A stretch of 64,000 bases of DNA from Thiotrichaceae bacterium UBA973. GTDB lineage: Bacteria; Pseudomonadota; Gammaproteobacteria; Eutrophobiales; Eutrophobiaceae. Below, one piece after another: positions 1-10,032 of the stretch. The notes beneath the pieces are model-generated. The model was not told the DNA's origin. It searched no databases and saw nothing but the letters and a program-made list of their open reading frames with translations. The position numbers were made by a program, and so were the translations under genes. The stretch is taken from NCBI GenBank assembly GCA_002292815.1, contig DBBX01000003.1, positions 8,160 to 72,159 of the forward strand, read 5' to 3'. Position 1 is the first letter of the stretch; the number at the start of each line of letters is the position of its first letter.

Positions 1-145
1 AACCGGCATGTAATGGATGTTCAGCAGGTACATCGGCGAATAATAAATTTAAGAATCCCTTAGAATAGCCATAGTTGGCTTTTCTCTAATGCAGGGTAAA
101 ATTAAAAAAACAAAATAATTTAGAAGAAAAGAGGTGAAATAAGAC

Positions 146-520
146 ATGAAAAAAATAATCCTCATATCACTCATGTTCTGTTCCTGTCATGTCTATGCAC
201 AAGACACAAAAGAATACGGATGTAGTTTTGACCAAGGATATCAACTAATCAGTGAAGACGGCATGAGTACATTTGATGGTGGAAAGATACTTGTTACTGT
301 TGAAAATAGACAAACATCTTTATTCAGTAATGATGGTGGGTTTGGGGAGCAAGTTCTTGATGTTTACCAGTCTACTTCAGATAAGATTGCTTCATTAAAA
401 TTGTCTGATGATAATTATATGCATTTTGTATTAAACTTAGAGAATAAACGTTTTGTGCTCACATCAACCGTGGCAACTTCGTATTCCTCAATGGTGCAAG
501 GTAACTGTGTAGACATTTAA
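146..520 (+). CDS. hypothetical secreted protein (N-terminal signal peptide)
   Basis: ORF with hydrophobic N-terminus MKKIILISLMFCSCHVYAQ; no recognisable family. Confidence 0.4.
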   Translation: MKKIILISLMFCSCHVYAQDTKEYGCSFDQGYQLISEDGMSTFDGGKILVTVENRQTSLFSNDGGFGEQVLDVYQSTSDKIASLKLSDDNYMHFVLNLENKRFVLTSTVATSYSSMVQGNCVDI

Positions 521-566
521 GCATTAGCCATGAAAAACTTATCCCTTTTATTCTGTTGCTCCCTAT

Positions 567-935
567 ATGAAAATTAATTGGAAAAAAGGGTTGCTTGGGA
601 TTCACGTTGTTATATCCATAATATGGATTATAAGCTTTGGCATAATTTTCTACCTTCAGCATGACTCTCTAAAGCAAGAATACCAAATTGCCTTAATAAA
701 GCAGCCTCATGAATATGAAAACTGCATGGATAAGCAAGCCCGAATTTTTAAATCTTCAGAAGAGGATGCGGAAAGTTATTGTAAATTGCTTGTGCCAGAC
801 CCAAATATAAAATATCGACCTCTCATACAAAAAGTACCTAAAGAGGCAGCGATAACTATGATTCTATACCCTCTCACTGCCCCTATAATTGGAGTACTAA
901 TCGCCCTAATCGTAATTCGGATAAAACGCGTATAG
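567..935 (+). CDS. hypothetical membrane protein (two TM segments)
   Basis: ORF with hydrophobic segments at N- and C-termini; no family recognised. Confidence 0.35.
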   Translation: MKINWKKGLLGIHVVISIIWIISFGIIFYLQHDSLKQEYQIALIKQPHEYENCMDKQARIFKSSEEDAESYCKLLVPDPNIKYRPLIQKVPKEAAITMILYPLTAPIIGVLIALIVIRIKRV

Positions 936-974
936 GTATAAATACTACTGTCAAGTTAACTCGTATTAAGTCAC

Positions 975-2363
975 CTAGAACCATTTCATCAATAGGCGAA
1001 GGAGCTTTATTTTATTACCATAGGGCGCATACAACAATTTATTATCGATCCATGTTGCTGATTTGAGCATGCTTTTCTTATGGGAAAATCGTTCAAATCC
1101 ATCAACACCATGATAACTACCAATACCGCTTTCTCCCACGCCGCCGAAGGGAAGATGTGAATTTCCCATACGGAACACACAATTATTTATACAGCCACCG
1201 CCAAACTGTATATTGGAAATTAGTTCTTGTTGAATAGATTTGTCTTCACTAAATATATAGCAGGCCAATGGATGTTGAGGTAATTGTGCTATGACGGAAT
1301 AGATATCTTCAAAACTTGTATAATCTAATATAGGCAATAAAGGCCCGAAAATTTCCTCAGACATTGATTTATCATCTAGCGACACATCACGCATTACTGT
1401 TGGTGCAATATATTTTTAGGCTGCATTAGTTTGCCCTCCGACAACGACCTTGTCTTGTTCAATCATATTTGCAATACGTTCAAAATGACCATCATTAACA
1501 ATGCGACCAAAGTCTGGACTGCTTGACGGATCCTCCCCGTAGCTATGGATAATTCGTTGTTTCAGTTTTTTAATAAATGTTTCTTTAATATTTCTATGTA
1601 GTAACACATAGTCTGGAGCAATACATGTTTGACCCGCATTTAAAAACTTACCATTCACAATTCGATTAACGGCAATATCAATATTGGCATCATCATGAAC
1701 GATGCAGGGACTTTTACCACCCAACTCCAATGTTACAGGCGTTAAATTTTTTGCCGCTGCGCTCATAACAATAGAACCGACCCGCGGACTACCGGTAAAG
1801 AAAATATGGTCAAATTTTTGTTCTAATAGCGCGGTAGTCTCTTTAACTTCGCCAGGCACATAAGCAATATAATTTTCTTCAAATATTTCCTCTATCAACT
1901 TTTGGGTCACTTCACTGCAAGTCGGCGTCATCTCGGAAGTCTTGATCACCGCAGTATTACCAGCAGCAATCGCAGCAATTAATGGAGAAAACGTTAGGTT
2001 AATAGGATAATTGTATGGTGCGATTATCAAATTCACACCAAGGGGGGAAAAATAGATTTTGCTAGTGGCTGGTTGAACGAGCATAGATGTTGATGTTCGT
2101 TTAGGTTTCATCCATTTTTTTAGTTTCTTCATTGTCTCTGTCAATTCGTGTTGACAAAATCCTGTTTCAGAAAGATATGCTTCAAATTCTTTTTTTCCTA
2201 AATCCTGTTTCAATGCAGCATGAAAGTCTTTTTCATATTTCAAAAGACCAGACTTTAGTTTCTGCAAACACTTAATACGAGTTTCATATTTTTGTGTAAT
2301 CCCTGTGTTATAGAATTGGCGCTGCTTGGAAACAACGTCAATTATCTTTTGCTCTATATCCAT
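975..2363 (-). pseudogene. aldehyde dehydrogenase family 3 (NAD(P)+), interrupted by an in-frame TAA at 1416..1418
   Basis: ORF 1416..2363 is an ALDH3 N-terminal/catalytic region (ELGGKSP, GQTCIAPDY). ORF 975..1394 is the matching ALDH C-terminus (PFGGVGESGIGSYHG). Both are in the same frame, separated by a single TAA; summed length about 461 aa is typical for ALDH3. Confidence 0.7.
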
Positions 2364-2486
2364 AATTTATATCCTTTATCAATCTATAATACTTCTGAGT
2401 TTGTCATGCCTATCTTGATTATGTAAATCCACAACATATCATGACAAATAATGAGTAAGCACATTAACAGCGCTATAAATAAAACA

Positions 2487-3167
2487 CTATCTGATTAATG
2501 CAAGCATTTGAGATGTATTAATACGTTTTACTTGTTTATCCTTAACAACATGTTGCTCAGTCGCTAAATGAATAATGGCATGAGCTACATCAATAGACTC
2601 AATCGGTTTATAATTTGCCAAGGCACCTACCATAAAAGGATTAATTATTTTCATCACGCATTGAAGCAATTTTTCATCTATTCTTTGCTCTTCACGAGGC
2701 CCAGACAATGGCCCGGGTTGCATATACGTTAATTTAACCATGTCGAGTTGTTGCATAGCCATTTCCATTTCGCCTTTGCATCGAAGGTAATGAGAACGAG
2801 CCTTAGTTGATGCACCTAAACATGAAACAACAATAATATGTTGCACGCCTAATGCCTGCATATTTTTCGCCACCTTAATCACTAGTTCAACATCAACAGC
2901 GTGCAACTTCTTTTTACTGCCCGCTTTTTTTAACGTTGTACCTAGCGCAATCACGCCCACTAACGGGCAGTCCGATAGCGAGTTAATAGCAGGTGGATTT
3001 AATTCTGGACTCAACCATTGAGTCAGTTTTTGATGCTCTATTCCAATAGGTCGTCGAGAAAGCGAGTAGACGCGGCTAATACTTTCATTATCTAGCGCTG
3101 TATTTAATGTGGATTGACCGACTAAACCTGTTGCACCTGCGATGACTATTGATAAACGTTGAGACAT
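2487..3167 (-). CDS. NAD(P)-binding atypical SDR/epimerase-like oxidoreductase (YraR-like)
   Basis: N-terminal Rossmann motif IAGATGLVGQ; short-chain NAD(P)H-binding fold. Confidence 0.6.
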   Translation of the reverse strand: MSQRLSIVIAGATGLVGQSTLNTALDNESISRVYSLSRRPIGIEHQKLTQWLSPELNPPAINSLSDCPLVGVIALGTTLKKAGSKKKLHAVDVELVIKVAKNMQALGVQHIIVVSCLGASTKARSHYLRCKGEMEMAMQQLDMVKLTYMQPGPLSGPREEQRIDEKLLQCVMKIINPFMVGALANYKPIESIDVAHAIIHLATEQHVVKDKQVKRINTSQMLALIR

Positions 3168-3682
3168 ACTTACACCCTAAGCAAATAATTAGTTTTTGAT
3201 TAATTCGAAACTTTAACTGCACAATAGCAAAACTGATAATATATTTTGAGTATAAGTCAAACAAATAGCCTAGCTTTTGGTTACATTTGAAGTCGCACGA
3301 ATAATGTTGAGTTGCCCTCTAAAAGATAATGTTCCGTCTTACGATCACGCCCCGTTATGATCACATTTTTCTAGCCTTTATGAATATTTTCTGATCAAAA
3401 ACATCAACATAACTGCTTCTAAGACTAAAGCCATGCGGCTGCATCGATTAGACCCTGCCTCACCCCCCGACTAGTTCCACTTTGAATAATTTTCCAACTA
3501 CGGCACTAGGTTCATCAAGTCGAATAAGTAACCCATTGAATCTGATTTAGTTTTTTGCCAAGATACACATTGAAAGTGTACGTTTTTTTCAGTAATTGAA
3601 CACAATGCAAAATGGCAGGAAAATAATTCTTAGATATGATCTGCTTAGAAAAAAACAAATTGAGTGTGTCTTCTTTTCTGAC

Positions 3683-3717
3683 TCAGTCAGTAGAGGTTCG
3701 AATCCCCTGCAGCCAGC
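3683..3717 (+). other. tRNA-like 3' fragment (T-arm GGTTCGAATCC plus acceptor-like GCAGCCAGCC); no full tRNA present
   Basis: Canonical T-loop sequence agaggttcgaatcccct followed by an acceptor-like 3' strand. It is preceded by a CTGAC-TCA-GTCAG stem-loop. No 5' half of a tRNA upstream. Confidence 0.3.
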
Positions 3718-3753
3718 CGAACTCATACTTTTACTTTATCTAACTCTAATCAA

Positions 3754-4212
3754 ATGAATTTAATACCTGTCGTATTTATCTTTTATTTAACCCATTTATT
3801 AACTTCCTGTTCAGATATAAATTCAGCTTCTTCTTTGGTTAGTAGGAATGGTTTGAAATATGAGATTAATTCACAAACCCCATTTACTGGTCAATATATT
3901 GCTTATTACAATAATGGAAAAAAGAAAACTGAATCAAATATCGCTGATGGTAAAGAGAATGGGCTTGTAACATGGTGGTATGAAAATGGGCAAAAAGAAT
4001 TAGAAGAGAACTACAAGTTTGGAAAGAAAACAGGGCTTAGAACTGAGTGGTATCAAAATGGAAGGAAACAAAGCGAACAGAATTATAAGTATGATAAGAG
4101 AGATGGACTAATGATTACCTGGGATAAGGATGGCAATATCAATGGAATGAAAATATATAAAAATGATGTGCTGGCTAAAAAGACCGGATTAAAGTATGGC
4201 TTATATCAATAA
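3754..4212 (+). CDS. YwqK-family / MORN-variant repeat lipoprotein
   Basis: Lipobox LLTSC; repeated G..xWYENGQK..E.NYK.GKK.G motifs typical of YwqK-type MORN-like repeats. Confidence 0.55.
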   Translation: MNLIPVVFIFYLTHLLTSCSDINSASSLVSRNGLKYEINSQTPFTGQYIAYYNNGKKKTESNIADGKENGLVTWWYENGQKELEENYKFGKKTGLRTEWYQNGRKQSEQNYKYDKRDGLMITWDKDGNINGMKIYKNDVLAKKTGLKYGLYQ

Positions 4213-4218
4213 GCTATT

Positions 4219-4488
4219 TTAATCTTTTACATTGAGTCTCTTATCCAGTTTTTCATCAACCAAATCTACTTTCTCAGCTCTGCGGATACCCATATGTAAA
4301 ACGCCACCGCAAAAACTGACTACTTGATCACTATTAAGGAATTCTTCTTCGTCCTTTTTTGTAGCTTCTCGTGCAGCTTTAAAATCAATTAGGTAATTTG
4401 CTTCTTGATCAGGAAGATCAACAACATCACCCTTGCGAATCTTCACTCCAGATTCGACATAAAAACCTCTTAACGCAATAACCTTCAT
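4219..4488 (-). CDS. hypothetical protein (89 aa)
   Basis: ORF only; acidic/basic mixed composition, no family recognised. Confidence 0.3.
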   Translation of the reverse strand: MKVIALRGFYVESGVKIRKGDVVDLPDQEANYLIDFKAAREATKKDEEEFLNSDQVVSFCGGVLHMGIRRAEKVDLVDEKLDKRLNVKD

Positions 4489-5024
4489 ACCAAAAACTCC
4501 GAAAAAACTGTTTCTACTAATATTTGAGTATTAGGAATATATCACAAATATTTTAAGGCTGAAAAAACGAAATAATTCAGTATATAACGTAGCCTTACAA
4601 GCTAATAAAAAACCAATAATCAACTGATCGCCTTGATGAATAGAGGCATCACGGACCATTTTTATCACAAATCAGCTATATTTTGACCGCTATGTCTATT
4701 TCCAGGTTCCCGACAACATGGTCAACATCTATTGATGCATCACCATTTTTGAGGTCACTGGCAGCAATTTTCTCTTGCAGTTGAGCCCTATAGTTTCGAA
4801 TATACTTATTTCTGGTGCATTGCCACATAGCTGAACACCATCATAATGGCTGAAAATACACTGTTGTATATCTCACCCAGCGAGCAGTTTTAATCCTTAA
4901 AGTAGTGAATAATAAACCGTTCTCTTTTTAGGCTTTATCAATCCTTGATCAGCGTTAAGCGCTACTCTCGCTTAAAATTAATGCTGTGTACAAGACAAGA
5001 ATAATTTGACGATGCCTCAGCATA

Positions 5025-5060
5025 GATAAAATGAAGCATAATGCATGCCATTTTTATGCT
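5025..5060 (-). terminator. putative rho-independent terminator of the hydrolase-OsmC gene (hairpin AGCATAA/TTATGCT overlapping the stop codon, then a T-rich tract on the minus strand)
   Basis: 7-bp inverted repeat at 5035..5041 / 5054..5060, followed on the minus strand by TCATTTTATC. Confidence 0.35.
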
Positions 5061-6286
5061 AGCTGGCTCTTAATCTGTATCTCATTATGTAGCGTTTTAT
5101 GCACTGGACACATATCCGCAATTTCAAGAAGACGTTGGCGCTCTGCATCAGTAAGTTTTCCTTCCAACTTAATAGTCTTTTCTATCTTATCTACCAAACC
5201 TGTTTTGGAATCACAGTCAGAACAGTCTTCTACATGAATATGATCATGCTTCATCGTGACTTCTATATTGTCTAGATTCAGATTTTTTCTAGTCGCATAC
5301 ATTCGCATCGTCATTGAGGTGCATGCGCCAAGTGCCGCCAATAACAACTCATAAGGATTGGGGCCCAGATTTGATCCACTAGCCGACAAGGGTTCATCCG
5401 CGATTAATTGGTGATCTTGCGTATAGATTTTTCGTGTGAATTTTTTATTTTGTTCAGTAACTAAAACATGGCCGCTTTCTATCGTTGGTGCCGTGCCCGA
5501 AGAGGCCTCATGATTCACATCGGTAATTTCAAGATAGCGTGCTGCCCAACTTGAAACAATACTGGCGACATACTCTGAATCTTCACGTCTTGATAACAAG
5601 TGATCTGCTTTATCAAGTGATATAAAACTTTTGGGATGTTTTGCTGCAGAATATATTTTTGCAGCTTCACCAATAGCGACCGTTTCATCAATGGGTGAAT
5701 GCAACACCAATAAGGCTTTATCCAACTGACCGATATGTGTCGTGTCATTATAGGTGTTGATGTCTTCGACAAACTGTTTTTTTATCTTGAATTGTCTTCC
5801 AGCTAAATCTACCAGTGCCTCATCATTATTATTAACTATTTCTTCTTTGGCATGAGAAAACAAATGTTCGACATGATGTCCCGTTGAAGGCGCGCCTATT
5901 GTTACTACCGCTTTCAATGATGGTATTGAATGGGCAGCCGCCAAAACGGCAGCACCTCCTAAACTATGGCCAATTATCATAACCGGAGCAGCATAATTTT
6001 CTTCTAAATGATTCGCTGCCTGAATCAGGTCACTGATATTCGATGAAAAATTAGTATTGGCAAAATCACCGTCGCTATTACCCAGGCCAGTAAAATCAAA
6101 CCGTAACACTGCAATGCCTTTATTTGCTAATGCCCTTGTGATTCTCGATGCCGCAGCAATATCTTTCGAGCAAGTAAAACAATGAGCAAATAGAGCATAA
6201 GCCTTAGTTTCCGTATCAGGTATTTCTAATAAACCTGATAGACATTCACCTTGTGTGTTTTTAAAACTGGCTTTTACTCTAGGCAT
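5054..6286 (-). CDS. bifunctional alpha/beta-fold hydrolase – OsmC/Ohr family fusion protein
   Basis: N-terminal half has the nucleophile elbow GHSLGG of alpha/beta hydrolases; C-terminal about 130 aa is an OsmC-like domain ([11 protein letters not shown]...CPVHKTL). Confidence 0.75.
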   Translation of the reverse strand: MPRVKASFKNTQGECLSGLLEIPDTETKAYALFAHCFTCSKDIAAASRITRALANKGIAVLRFDFTGLGNSDGDFANTNFSSNISDLIQAANHLEENYAAPVMIIGHSLGGAAVLAAAHSIPSLKAVVTIGAPSTGHHVEHLFSHAKEEIVNNNDEALVDLAGRQFKIKKQFVEDINTYNDTTHIGQLDKALLVLHSPIDETVAIGEAAKIYSAAKHPKSFISLDKADHLLSRREDSEYVASIVSSWAARYLEITDVNHEASSGTAPTIESGHVLVTEQNKKFTRKIYTQDHQLIADEPLSASGSNLGPNPYELLLAALGACTSMTMRMYATRKNLNLDNIEVTMKHDHIHVEDCSDCDSKTGLVDKIEKTIKLEGKLTDAERQRLLEIADMCPVHKTLHNEIQIKSQLA

Positions 6287-6509
6287 TACAAGCTCCTTTT
6301 TAATTTTGGTAGTAGCTAATCAGCCTTTCTCTTTATAAAGACTCGAATAATATGTGCCCGAAATGAACAAGTAACAAGCATACATCCTATTAAAGATTCT
6401 TCAGCAACAAATATAGTTACAAACGACCGCTTATTTAGGACCTCGATACTCGTTATCATTCTAAAGATCGACTATAGTATAAATAGTTAACTGTATTTCG
6501 ATACCGAAC

Positions 6510-7028
6510 ATGGAGATAGAAATAATGAGCACAAATAGAGTAAAAATCCTGCCGTTCCTGTTCATATCTCTAATCTTACTAAGCGCTTGCGAACAACAGA
6601 GTGAAACCAGTCAAACTAATCCTGACAGAATCTCCTACGATGCTAATGTTCACGAAAAAACTTTTGGAAAGCATATAATTCATATTAACGCCCTAACAAC
6701 AGATCAGCTGCCAACCGAAGTTGCTCAAGGATACAAGATTTCCCGTAGTAAAAACCGAGCTATGCTGAATGTCACCGTCCGTGAAAAGCAAGGAGAGGTT
6801 GAAACACCCATAACTGCTGTAGTTAACGTCATTGCTAAAAACCTGAGCAGCCAGTTAAAAAACATTAAATTGAGAGAAATAAAGGAAGCTGACCCCGTTG
6901 CAATTTACTATATTGGTGTACTCCCAGTGGGCAATAGAGAAACAATCATTTTTGATATTGACGTGACGCCTGCCGGCACGAACAAGCCAGTTCTAGTTTC
7001 TTACAGACATAAATTCTTTACAGAATAA
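6510..7028 (+). CDS. lipoprotein, DUF4426-like
   Basis: Signal peptide with lipobox LLSAC; family assignment from memory only. Confidence 0.45.
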   Translation: MEIEIMSTNRVKILPFLFISLILLSACEQQSETSQTNPDRISYDANVHEKTFGKHIIHINALTTDQLPTEVAQGYKISRSKNRAMLNVTVREKQGEVETPITAVVNVIAKNLSSQLKNIKLREIKEADPVAIYYIGVLPVGNRETIIFDIDVTPAGTNKPVLVSYRHKFFTE

Positions 7029-7035
7029 TTAGCAT

Positions 7036-8583
7036 CTAATTATTTTTATTTTTCCGTTTTGCCTTAACACGGTTTACTGCCGCTGTTATATCATCCTGTT
7101 TCTTCTTTAGTACGGATTCTTTGTTGACATGTTCTTCGTCAACTATTGGGGGTTTAATCCGCTTGTCGAGTTTTCGCTGTTCTGTTCGCTGTTGTTTATT
7201 GAGATATCGTTGTTTGTTTTGTTCTGCTTTTAATTGAGTTTGTCGATTATCCCAAATACGATTTTTTGATTGTCGATATTCATCCACCAAGGGAATGTGA
7301 CTCGGGCAAACATAAGAGCAGCAACCGCACTCTATACAATCAAACAAGTGGTAATCTAGCAATCGTTCGGTATTAAATTCTTTACTCTGCCAATGCAGTT
7401 GTTGAGGTTGTAAATTCACAGGGCATACCGGAGCGCATTCATCACAACGGATACAGGGTGATTCTTTTATTTTTGAATTATTAAATTGGGAGTCAACGGC
7501 CAATAAGCAATTTGTCGTTTTAATAACCGGCACATTATCATCATATAATCGAAAACCCATCATGGGGCCACCCATAATCAAGTATTCGCATTGCTCATTA
7601 TATCCACCACATTGTTCTATGACCTCGTCCATGGGTGTACCAAGCAAAACCTCAAGATTACAAGCTTGATTTATTCCGGGGCCCGTTATCGTAACAATGC
7701 GGCTGATCAGCGGCTCGTCGTCAACAATCGCTTTTTTAACGGCAACGGCAGTACCTACGTTATAACAAACAACACCGACATCAACCGGCAAGCCTTCGGC
7801 AGCCACTTCAATACCCGTTATTGATTTAATAAGTTGTTTCTCACCACCGGCAGGATAGAGACTAGATATCAATCTTAATTTAATATCGATGTTTGCATTA
7901 CTATTCAGTGTTTCTTGCAATGCATTTATCGCTTCAGTTTTATTATCTTCTATAGCGATAACGCATTCGTCTACTTGCAATGCATGCGCGAGAATTTCCA
8001 CACCAGCAATAACATCTTTTGCATAATGTCGTATCAATATCTCGTCACAACTAATATAGGGTTCACATTCGGCTGCATTTAAAATCAATAATTCAATATC
8101 AAGATTAAAACCTGGAATAATCTTCACTGCAGATGGAAATCCAGCACCACCCAAACCAACAACTCCGGCTTCAAGTATTTTTTGCTGAATCTTAACTGGA
8201 CTCAGACTGTAGAAATCGACAGTCGGTGTTCTGTTCTCAATCCATTTATCTTCACCATCTGCTGCAATCACAATACAAGGTGACATTGCTCCAGATGGAT
8301 TCGGGAGAAGATGCTCAGCTATCTCTTTAATAGCACCCGAGGTACTGGCATGGACTGGCGCACTAATAGAGCCCTGCTCTTTTGCAATTACTTGTCCTTT
8401 TAAGACCTGATCTCCGACTTTAATAATAGGTAATGCAGGTAAACCGATATGCTGGCGTAAGGGGATTTTAATTATACTTGGTAGTTTTGCTTTTTTTAGC
8501 GGCTGTTCCAGAGACATCGCCTTATTTGGTGATAATTGTATACCGCCACCAAATGGAATTGGTTTCTCTAAAACAGTAATCAT
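7036..8583 (-). CDS. rnfC: RnfC/RsxC-like electron transport complex subunit C homolog (orphan; Lys/Gln-rich C-terminal tail)
   Basis: Collinear with E. coli RsxC: IPLRQHIG, GLGGAGFP, LILNAAECEPYIS, two 4Fe-4S motifs CIRCDECAPVCP and CIECGCCSYVCP. Likely start at MITVLEK (8583); the ORF extends to 8658. Confidence 0.75.
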   Translation of the reverse strand: MITVLEKPIPFGGGIQLSPNKAMSLEQPLKKAKLPSIIKIPLRQHIGLPALPIIKVGDQVLKGQVIAKEQGSISAPVHASTSGAIKEIAEHLLPNPSGAMSPCIVIAADGEDKWIENRTPTVDFYSLSPVKIQQKILEAGVVGLGGAGFPSAVKIIPGFNLDIELLILNAAECEPYISCDEILIRHYAKDVIAGVEILAHALQVDECVIAIEDNKTEAINALQETLNSNANIDIKLRLISSLYPAGGEKQLIKSITGIEVAAEGLPVDVGVVCYNVGTAVAVKKAIVDDEPLISRIVTITGPGINQACNLEVLLGTPMDEVIEQCGGYNEQCEYLIMGGPMMGFRLYDDNVPVIKTTNCLLAVDSQFNNSKIKESPCIRCDECAPVCPVNLQPQQLHWQSKEFNTERLLDYHLFDCIECGCCSYVCPSHIPLVDEYRQSKNRIWDNRQTQLKAEQNKQRYLNKQQRTEQRKLDKRIKPPIVDEEHVNKESVLKKKQDDITAAVNRVKAKRKNKNN

Positions 8584-8747
8584 CCTGCTATGGCTTCCCG
8601 AAAATATAGGCTTAATTGAGAATGAATTATAACATAGCATTTCGTTTGAAATTCGCATGCCTGATTTAATCTAACATATCCCTTATCCTATTTAGGTATT
8701 ACAATCGCAGGCAATGCATAATACTTGGATATTAAATATTATTTATC

Positions 8748-9695
8748 ATGCTGACACTTGAAAACGACAAACGTGTAAAAGGCGAATTGGAAACCGTCTG
8801 GGAAATACTCACTGATATAAAGTGTTTTGCTGATGCAGGTCCTGACATTATCCGTGTTGAAATACTATCCGGTGAAGGTCTGGGTATGATAAGACGCGTT
8901 CACCATAGAATCAGCGGTTCATGGGAAGAAGAATGCATTGAATGGGAACCACAATCTCATTTCACTATGCAAGTGAGGGGTGATAATTATCTATTACCAG
9001 TAACTTACCTGCGCCGTACAACCAGCATGGTGCAAAAACAAAAAAATGTTGTCATCGCTATTCGATATGAATACACGCCGAAGTATGGTCCTTTTGGTTT
9101 CTTCCTCAATAAGCACCAAATCATTCCTATTCTTAATCTATTCTCTACACAATTAGTCGATAATCTGGCAAAGATAATTCAGCAGCGAAATTTAGATATA
9201 TCTATATCGGCTGCAACAATATTAAAAAGTAAAAGCACAGAAATTCATACAATAGTACCAGAGACCTTAATTTCGGAAGCGTGCAAGATCCTCACAGAAA
9301 ACAGAATTGGCAGTCTTATTGTGCTGGACCCAGAGGGAAAGATTGCGGGTATTCTATCTGAACGCGACATCGTCAATGGTATTTCCACAACAGGTCAACC
9401 TATACTGAATAAAACCGTCAAGGAATTCATGACATGCAATGTTATTATTAGTCATCCGGAAGATACACTCGCCACACTAATGGCGATAATGAGTTCAAAA
9501 CGTATTCGCCATCTACCTGTTGTTGATGATAACGACTACTTAGCCGGTGTGATTAGTATTGGCGATATTGTAAATGCGCGTATGTCTGAACTTGAACAAG
9601 AGTCAGCCGCTATGCATCAATACATTGAAGGTCGAAAATGGCGAGAAGTTGCAATGCAAATTGGTCGAGCCTCTGCATCAGAAGAATTTAGTTAG
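8748..9695 (+). CDS. SRPBCC (START/polyketide-cyclase-like) domain fused to a tandem CBS-domain pair
   Basis: N-terminal about 140 aa SRPBCC-like. C-terminal two CBS repeats (IGSLIVLDPEGKIAGILSERDIV ... RIRHLPVVDDNDYLAGVISIGDIV). Confidence 0.6.
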   Translation: MLTLENDKRVKGELETVWEILTDIKCFADAGPDIIRVEILSGEGLGMIRRVHHRISGSWEEECIEWEPQSHFTMQVRGDNYLLPVTYLRRTTSMVQKQKNVVIAIRYEYTPKYGPFGFFLNKHQIIPILNLFSTQLVDNLAKIIQQRNLDISISAATILKSKSTEIHTIVPETLISEACKILTENRIGSLIVLDPEGKIAGILSERDIVNGISTTGQPILNKTVKEFMTCNVIISHPEDTLATLMAIMSSKRIRHLPVVDDNDYLAGVISIGDIVNARMSELEQESAAMHQYIEGRKWREVAMQIGRASASEEFS

Positions 9696-9698
9696 TTT

Positions 9699-10001
9699 CT
9701 AAACATACCAGACACCATTACTTGCCATACAGTCGATTGAATCCAGTGCCATATGAATAATCAGTCCGATACCAACATAACGTAATGGTTTGATAAAACA
9801 AATTACGCCATAAATAATAACCGGTATAAATTCATGCAGTGGATGGAATCCAATACTACATCGATTGGGATCGTATATTGGATCAGCGAGTAAATGATCA
9901 AGATCAACGAGCATCGTTGCGATCATAATACAATAGGCAACCTTCCATTTTTTTTTAAAAAATAGTAGAGCTGGCACCAATGGTACCAGTAAATGAAGCA
10001 A
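9699..10001 (-). CDS. small membrane protein with DLDH motif (DUF6122-like)
   Basis: 100-aa hydrophobic ORF; VDLDHLLADP...HPLHE motif. Confidence 0.35.
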   Translation of the reverse strand: MLHLLVPLVPALLFFKKKWKVAYCIMIATMLVDLDHLLADPIYDPNRCSIGFHPLHEFIPVIIYGVICFIKPLRYVGIGLIIHMALDSIDCMASNGVWYV

Positions 10002-10032
10002 TAGATGAAGGATGCCGTTTCTCGTTCTTTAC

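Noticed and set aside
3683-3717. tRNA-like fragment as the 3' end of a tmRNA (ssrA) gene
   Set aside because: No upstream tmRNA body or tag-peptide reading frame (ANDENYALAA-like). Only the T-arm/acceptor-like 35 nt are present.
5031-5237. Plus-strand ORFs overlapping strong minus-strand genes. Listed: 5031..5237, 7591..7824, 10290..10502, 11475..11681, 12049..12249, 12765..13010, 13463..13648, 13731..13970, 14415..14630, 16672..16878, 17473..17751, 18537..18749, 19700..19918, 19795..19995, 19967..20260, 20030..20218, 21521..21784, 22702..22917, 25328..25528, 28133..28315, 29644..29850, 33218..33406, 34533..34799, 35063..35353, 36574..36882, 37327..37879, 38313..38531, 39535..39732, 40230..40469, 44009..44382, 45726..46685, 48941..49842, 50396..50977, 52161..52343, 52694..52945, 54588..54770, 55028..55234, 55642..55926, 57676..57936, 58606..59549, 60853..61101, 61605..61865, 62508..62750, 63172..63474
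   Set aside because: All lie inside or antisense to ORFs with clear family-level motifs, and have biased or low-complexity composition; treated as shadow ORFs.
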